This document shows, piece after piece, positions 55,785 to 64,000 of a stretch of DNA of 64,000 nucleotides (position 1 is its first letter; every line of letters begins with the position of its first letter). Location: positions 14,176,001-14,240,000 of the forward strand of contig CP068257.2 of the NCBI GenBank assembly GCA_009914755.4, in the 5' to 3' direction. The notes beneath the pieces are model-generated. The model saw nothing but the letters and a program-made list of their open reading frames with translations. It was not told where the DNA came from and ran no database searches. The position numbers and the translations under genes were made by a program. The DNA comes from the human T2T-CHM13v2.0 reference genome, Homo sapiens.

Positions 55785-56150
55785 TATTAGTCCGTTCTCA
55801 CACTGCTATAAAGATACTACACAAGACTGGGTAATTTATAAAGGAAAGAGGTTTAACTGACTCACAGTTCCACATGGTTGGGGAGGCCTCAGGAAACTTA
55901 AAATGATGGCGGAAGGTGAAGGGGAAGCAAGGACCTTCATCACATGGTGGCAGGAGAGAGAAGTGCAAGCAGAGGAAATGCCAGATGCTTATGAAACCAT
56001 CAGATCTCATGAGACTCACTCCCTGTCACAAGAACAGCACTGGGGAAACTGTCCCTATGATCTGATCACCTCCCACCAGGTCTCTTCCTCAACACCTGGG
56101 GGTTACAATTCAAGATAAGATTTGGGTGGAGACACAAAGCCTAACCATAT
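55785..56150 (-). mobile_element. Solo MaLR LTR (THE1/MST family), antisense.
   Basis: Starts tgtattagtccgttctcacactgctataaagatactacacaagactgggtaatttataaaggaaagaggtttaactgactcacagttccacatggttggggaggcctcaggaaac and ends ...gatttgggtggagacacaaagcctaaccatatca. This is the reverse complement of the THE1/MST consensus (TGATATGGTTTGG...ACTAATACA). Track ORFs 55798..56019(-) and 55903..56118(+) lie within it. Confidence 0.75.
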
Positions 56151-57198
56151 CAATTGGGTAATTGATTCATGGCCAAGTTGGACTTAATAGCACAACCATC
56201 TTTCCAAAATCAAAATAAATTGCATAAGAATTATGTGGTGTAAATCTAAATATATAACTTTTTTTATTTGAAATTCAGCTTAAAAGTCATGTTTATCATG
56301 CTGTAAACATAAGATTTTAAATAAGAACCCTTAAATATTATAGGTCTTATACCTGTATTTATCTCTTATGTTTCTTATTGCATGGATTTCTCTGTTCTAC
56401 TAGATCAGTGATCAGCACACTATGGCTTGTGCTCCACCTACCACTTGTTTTTATAGATAAGTTTTATTGAAACATAGCCATGCACATTCATTTATATATT
56501 GGGTATTATTGTCTTTGTACTACAATGGCAGAGTTGAATAGTTGCAACAGAAACTTCATGGCCTTCAAAGCCTATAATAGTCCTCGTCTGGCCCTTCACA
56601 GAAAAAGTTTGCCAATCCTTGTACCAAATTGTAAGCTCCATGAGAGTTTTCTGTATTAATCACTTGAGTGCCCCTGCATCTGCAGAAATTTCTGGCACGT
56701 GGTGTTGACTCTGTAGGAAGTTTTTGAAGGGAAAAGTGAATTGATTACCTTTATATTTCTGTATCAAGGAATACAATAGTATATATTCAGTTGCCATTAA
56801 TGGAGATGAGTTTTTCAAAAATTAATATGGATTCTGAATTTCTTTATTTTTAAAACTATTTTGAGTGCTTATACAATTTTATAATTTGGGGAAGTTAATC
56901 TCTAGAGAAGAAAAAATGGCCCCTGTGTTGATGATCGGCATAAGCCAAACATGACTGAAAAACACAATAATGTTTTCTCCACCGCTGTTGCTTTTGTTTC
57001 TGTTGTTGCCATATGCATAGCTTTTTCTAAAGAGAGATTTTCAGTTCTAGATAGGTTGAGATTGTTTTCTCTAAATACCGTTTGTTCTAATACTGTTTGT
57101 GAACATATTTATGTTGTCTTCCTTATTAATACTTACAGATCCTTAATTTAAAAAGGAAACAAAAACCTATTCTTTTTTTTTTCCTGCATTGCATTAAG

Positions 57199-57394
57199 AA
57201 ATTAAATGAGCAAGCCGCAGAACTCTTCGAATCTGGAGAGGATCGAGAAGTAAACAATGGTTTGATTATCATGAATGAGTTTATTGTCCCATTTTTGCCA
57301 TTATTACTGGTGGATGAAATGGAAGAAAAGGATATACTAGCTGTAGAAGATATGAGAAATCGATGGTGTTCCTACCTTGGTCAAGAAATGGAAC
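57199..57394 (+). CDS. USP28: USP28 penultimate coding exon encoding [65 protein letters not shown].
   Basis: Acceptor cctgcattgcattaag|AAATTA and donor GGAAC|gtaagttt. Confidence 0.9.
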
Positions 57395-57705
57395 GTAAGT
57401 TTAAACAATGGTAGTAGGCACCTGAGATGTCCGGATTAAATGCAGTTAGAATTAGATGTTATTTATTCTTGCCATTTTTTATATTAAATACAATATTAAG
57501 TATTAATATTTTCACATTCACATGATTACTCTTTTTCCATATTGATGAACTAAGCTGTGTGCATTGCAGTTGCCATTTATGTTTTTGTCTCCCCAAAATG
57601 GCAATTATCTTACCTATTAGAGTAAGTTAATATTAGTAAATCATGTTGACAATGATCGTGTAATAATTTCTATCTTTAGTTAGATTTAATTGTTTGTATT
57701 TGCAG

Positions 57706-57878
57706 CACACCTCCAAGAAAAGCTGACAGATTTTTTGCCAAAACTGCTTGATTGTTCTATGGAGATTAAAAGTTTCCATGAGCCACCGAAGTTACCTTCA
57801 TATTCCACGCATGAACTCTGTGAGCGATTTGCCCGAATCATGTTGTCCCTCAGTCGAACTCCTGCTGATGGAAGATAA
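57706..57878 (+). CDS. USP28: USP28 terminal coding segment encoding (P)[56 protein letters not shown], ending at the TAA stop (57876-57878).
   Basis: Acceptor tgtttgtatttgcag|CACACC. C + CA = Pro joins the previous exon. Same frame and end as track ORF 57690..57878. Confidence 0.9.
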
Positions 57879-58310
57879 ACTGCACACTTTCCCTGAACAC
57901 ACTGTATAAACTCTTTTTAGTTCTTAACCCTTGCCTTCCTGTCACAGGGTTTGCTTGTTGCTGCTATAGTTTTTAACTTTTTTTTATTTTAATAACTGCA
58001 AAAGACAAAATGACTATACAGACTTTAGTCAGACTGCAGACAATAAAGCTGAAAATCGCATGGCGCTCAGACATTTTAACCGGAACTGATGTATAATCAC
58101 AAATCTAATTGATTTTATTATGGCAAAACTATGCTTTTGCCACCTTCCTGTTGCAGTATTACTTTGCTTTTATCTTTTCTTTCTCAACAGCTTTCCATTC
58201 AGTCTGGATCCTTCCATGACTACAGCCATTTAAGTGTTCAGCACTGTGTACGATACATAATATTTGGTAGCTTGTAAATGAAATAAAGAATAAAGTTTTA
58301 TTTATGGCTA
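57879..58310 (+). other. USP28: USP28 3' UTR (minimal extent; a longer UTR using downstream signals is possible).
   Basis: Follows the stop codon. AATAAA at 58042-58047 and tandem AATAAA at 58282-58287 and 58290-58295, followed by the U/GU-rich gttttatttatgg. Confidence 0.5.
58282..58295 (+). promoter_or_regulatory. Tandem polyadenylation signals (AATAAAGAATAAAG) with a downstream U-rich element.
   Basis: Canonical AATAAA hexamers about 405 nt after the stop, followed by a T-rich stretch. Confidence 0.4.
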
Positions 58311-59759
58311 CCTATGTGTTTGTAAGCAGGTATATTGTATATTAGTGTATTAGTAATACTAGATAAATGAATTTTGTCTGGGGATTAAGATTGGATAGTT
58401 AATAGATTAATACAATCTTTTAATTCTGCTCTAATGCTAGCAAATTGGAAAATGTTTAAGTCTTTGACACTTAAATTTATCTATATTTTTAACAAAGTTC
58501 TTGAACTTAGTATGGCACCGGAACCTGTTTTGAATTCAGTCAGGTTTTTACTCAAGTAAGTGGTTGATTTTTTTTAAGTCAAACTACACTGAAACTTTTA
58601 TCCTTTTCTTAGATTAATCTTACTTTTTAAATGTATTTACAATATACAGCAAGGTGATTATTTCAAGAGAATCCCAAAGTACTTGAATAAGGGCTATTGT
58701 AAAATTTAAAAGAAATATTTATATATACACATATATACACATACACACATGTATATATATATTCTTCATAATGGAGGACAATGTTTTGCAATATATAAAT
58801 CATTCTATTTTTGTAAATTGTATATCACTTTAATTGAAAATGTTCTCTACTAATTAATACTGTGAAACAAAATTGATGTTGTTTAACTAGAAGTTATGAG
58901 TATCTTAACTGCCTTTATTCCTTTTCAAAAAGGAAAAAGCTGTAGAACATTTTGTAGATGAAACTACTGTTTAAGATTAATGAATTAATATTGTGAATGA
59001 AAATCAAAATCCATACTTTAAAGGTAATCATGTTACTAACAACCTATTTTTGAATTCATAAAAATTTCTTTATAAATGATGTTTTGTGAACATAGTAAAA
59101 TAGACCATTATACTATGTGTATGTTTGATACAGCGTCGCCAAAACTAGTGTTCTTTATTAGTGCCTCTCACAAAAGATCCTGGATGGAGGAGTAAGATGA
59201 AATATTATGCTATTATATGATGCTGTTTGTAAAGGTATTAATGTACTAGTAAGGTGTTAATGACAAGGAATTAGTACTATTCCTGTTGTAAAGTTAGATT
59301 TTGCATATTGTATCTATCAAAATATGTTTGGGTTTAGATTTTAAGTTGTCTACTGAGCAGATTTCTGCATTGGTTTTCCAGTCCTGTTAAAAGTTTAGAA
59401 ACTTCATATGTGTCATCACAGCTTTTGTAAAGAAAGTATCCTTAATATTTTATGACATTCTACCACAGTGGTAAAGTTGTTTGTGTTTGTGTATAATTGA
59501 CTGCTGAGATACAAAGTGCCCAAACACTATATGGAAATTATTCCTTCAAAGTCACATCCAGAGAATCATGTCACTCTTGTGCTGAAGGTAAGTATTATAA
59601 TTGTATTTACTATGTACTTAAAAACCAGATTATTTATTCCTAGTAATGAATTTGAAATAACTTATTTAAAGAAAAGTGACCTTTTTCAAGACCTACAGAA
59701 ACAACTTATTTTAATATTGGTTTTTAATCTAATTGTAAGGTTTAGATCATTGAAATTTC

Positions 59760-63300
<3,541 letters not shown>

Positions 63301-64000
63301 TAAATATAACTTATAGCTAATAACTTCGGAATTTGAACCTCATAGAACTGTAGTCCATAGCAGATTTCATTTGATTTAAATGACTCTTATTTTGGTTACT
63401 ATGTTATTCCTTCCTACCCCAAAAAAGTTACGTTTTGAAATAATTCAGGGTAGAATTCATATAGATAGAACTTCAGACATCTCAGGAGACCAGTACGCAT
63501 GAATGAACATGTAGGGACCCCTCTAATACGTTTCACATCCATTATGATACAACAATGACCATACACTTTAGTAGTTCTCAGTGTGTGTTCTCCAGATCAG
63601 TAGACAGCTTCAGCAGCTTGGGAACATGTTAGAATTGAAAATTTTTGAGTCCCACCTCAGAGCTGCCAGTTCAGAAACTCTTCACGTAACCTGTGTTACA
63701 ACAAGTCCTTCAGATAATTTTGATGTTTACTAGTTTCAGAGCCACTGCACTAAATGAAACTATTGGTAGCATTTGTGCACTGTAAATTGATGCTGTTTAA
63801 TTTTCATTCACTTGTGCTCTGTTGGAAGCTTTTTTGTGTTTCCTTCACTTGGGATTTCAAGGAAGTATCTAATTTTTTTTTTTTTTTTTTTGCTCAATTA
63901 CATGTAATTGAGAATAAGATAGGTATCTGATTCTCCAAAAGTTCAGCATCTTTATTTTATGATTTAAACTTGTCGAGTTATGCCTCTGGGTCCTGTCATT

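Overview
This window is human (primate) nuclear DNA, not prokaryotic. It is intron-rich and carries at least 17 Alu copies, two L1 fragments on the minus strand, a MaLR LTR, MIR fragments, a Tc1/mariner-type MITE and many microsatellites. It encodes the 3' half of one protein-coding gene on the + strand. I recognise the spliced product as the deubiquitinase USP28 (USP25/USP28 family). The recognition rests on the USP His-box exon (...[60 protein letters not shown]...) and on the [12 protein letters not shown] motif exon. The USP28-versus-USP25 call is from memory, not from a database search.

Fourteen constitutive coding exons were placed by reading frame continuity and GT/AG splice sites. They run from an exon at 3456-3583 to the terminal exon ending with TAA at 57878, followed by a 3'UTR with tandem AATAAA signals near 58282-58295. 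The exon upstream of 3456 is not in the window, and no convincing coding segment was found in 1-3455.

The 21.7 kb intron between the exons at 21815-21957 and 43671-43849 contains two in-frame cassette exons: 27064-27177 (114 nt) and 29178-29273 (96 nt). I believe the 96-nt exon is the known tissue-specific USP28 alternative exon. Both sit inside an old tandem intronic segmental duplication (about 26.87-28.65 kb and 28.65 to about 31.6 kb).

Other notable structures:
- an 82-bp x about 12 minisatellite at 15866-16849;
- an Alu with a poly-T rather than poly-A tail, with perfect 17-bp target-site duplications;
- a 232-bp inverted-repeat MITE with TA target-site duplication;
- several small local tandem or dispersed duplications.

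Nearly all ORFs in the supplied six-frame track are chance ORFs in introns or repeats (Alu, L1 ORF2 antisense, LTR, microsatellites). Only the ones overlapping the exons listed are real coding sequence. No CRISPR, operon or defence-system-like structure exists here. The genuinely interesting biology is the alternative-exon and duplication architecture and the intronic VNTR.
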